The notes below the pieces were generated by a model. It had not been told where the DNA came from. It made no database searches and worked only from the letters and a program-made list of their open reading frames with translations. DNA of 64,000 nt, from NCBI GenBank assembly GCA_963693365.1, contig CAVNZM010000007.1, forward strand, positions 4,771,962-4,835,961. The letters run 5' to 3'. Positions 62,830-64,000 of this stretch are shown here, in pieces. The position numbers were made by a program, and so were the translations under genes. Origin of the DNA: Amoebidium appalachense. Taxonomy: Eukaryota > Protista > Ichthyosporea. How positions within the stretch are numbered: the stretch's first letter is position 1; every line of letters begins with the position of its first letter.

Positions 62830-63815
62830 CCTCCCCCCCCCCCCCCCCCCCCTCCCTCCCTCTCCCTCCCTCCCTCTCCCCGAGCCCCCTCCCCCTCTCC
62901 CCCTCCCCCCCCCCCCCCCCCGTCTATTGTCTTTGTCTCTTTCAGACTCTCTCTCCCTCGAACCCCCCCCCCCCCCCCCCCCCTTCCCCCTCATCCCCTC
63001 CCTCGCCCCTGCCTGCCCTGCTTCTCCGCACTGCCCAGCCTCCACCCAACCATTACATTTGTGCCCTTTTTTCCTCTTGGAAATACCACCCACTAACTCC
63101 TACATCCCACCTTCCAGACGAGCACCCCTGCCAGCTCTATGCTCCGCTTGCGCAGGCACACCACCAGCACAGGCAGACCAGCACATATCTGGGCACCACC
63201 CTGACTCTGGTTCTGGACTGCACGGCACTGACCAAGGACCTACCCAGTGAACTCTCCACCCTTGGCCTGGGCCCTGTGGCAAAACCCGTGCACAGGGTCG
63301 TTGAAAAGTTCAACCCACGGGGCTGCCTGCTGGTGGCACCCACCCCTACGGCGTGCCATGTTGCTGCAAAGCTACTCAGAGACCCCCTGTTTGCAGATAG
63401 GGTGGTAGGGGTGCTGCTTGTGCACCCAGAGTTTCAGCCTGGGTTTGTGCGGTCACAGCTAAGAACTACGGTCACTGATAGACCCACAGTGGCCGTGTTT
63501 AGTGGGAATAGTGAAGGTGGTGAGGGTGGGGAGAGTGAACAGAGCTTGACTTCGTTGGGTAGTGTGTGGCAAGATGCTTTTACAGATTTGCATAAGATGG
63601 TGGTTGTGAAGGGAGGATTGCTGGAGGGATACAAGACTTTGCAGGGTGTGGTGGGTGGTAGTGAGGCAGGTGATAAGGGGGAAGGGGAGGAAGAAACTGC
63701 GCAGGTAGCAGGTGAGGAGGAAGGGGAGGTGGGTGTGTACTTTAGTGAGGTGGTGTTCTTTTTGGATGCAAAGACGAAGCAGGTCGAGAGGGCAGTGAAG
63801 CCCCTGGTCTTGTAG
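62345..63815 (+). CDS. Hypothetical protein, ~279 aa, 2 exons, possible alpha/beta-hydrolase-like fold
   Basis: Exon 62345-62486 (CAG|GTCAGT, phase 1) joins exon 63118-63815 in frame. Globular, non-repetitive sequence including GCLLVAPTPTACHVAAKLLRDPLFADRVVGVLLVHP...PTVAVFSG. The 3' end could instead splice at ~63782. Confidence 0.7.
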
Positions 63816-64000
63816 CTGGTCTTTTGTAGACTTCGTAGGTAATATAGTTTTTCACAGAGGTGTACAGTAATACAAGTGGATAGCAGACAATAGGTACTGT
63901 ATGCGTACAGACTGAGCCTGCTCAGTTTGTGTGAATGGCGAGGGCCTGACATACACGCCAGCGATGTCCGACGACCGGACAGTGCTGTGGCCTGTACAAC

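Overview
Intron-rich eukaryotic genomic DNA, probably from a non-animal opisthokont-like protist. This placement is inferred from a fused PabA-PabB folate enzyme, a roadblock dynein light chain and an animal/fungal-type serine dehydratase. Introns are saturated with (CA)n/(GT)n, (GA)n and 15-50 nt poly-G/poly-C tracts, so most entries in the ORF track are artefacts. Manual splicing (GT-AG, phase-consistent) gives six genes. They are a 15-exon bacterial-type RNase D with a mitochondrial-like presequence (-), a 10-exon RRP36 (+, head-to-head with RNase D), a 5-exon roadblock dynein light chain (-), a 2-exon serine dehydratase (-), a 22-exon aminodeoxychorismate synthase (+) with a tRNA-Ser(AGA) in its last intron, and a 2-exon hypothetical alpha/beta-fold protein (+). 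The first ~11.5 kb is a decayed accessory region containing a Copia remnant with PPT and LTR, an intronless F-box/LRR pseudogene and other relics. The most notable non-coding signal is a pair of box H/ACA snoRNA-like modules present twice, once in an RNase D intron and once in an RRP36 intron. Both pairs have the same order and sense orientation, and only the modules are conserved. Other points of note are splice acceptors built directly on (CA)n tracts and several TTAA-flanked or foldback MITE-like insertions.
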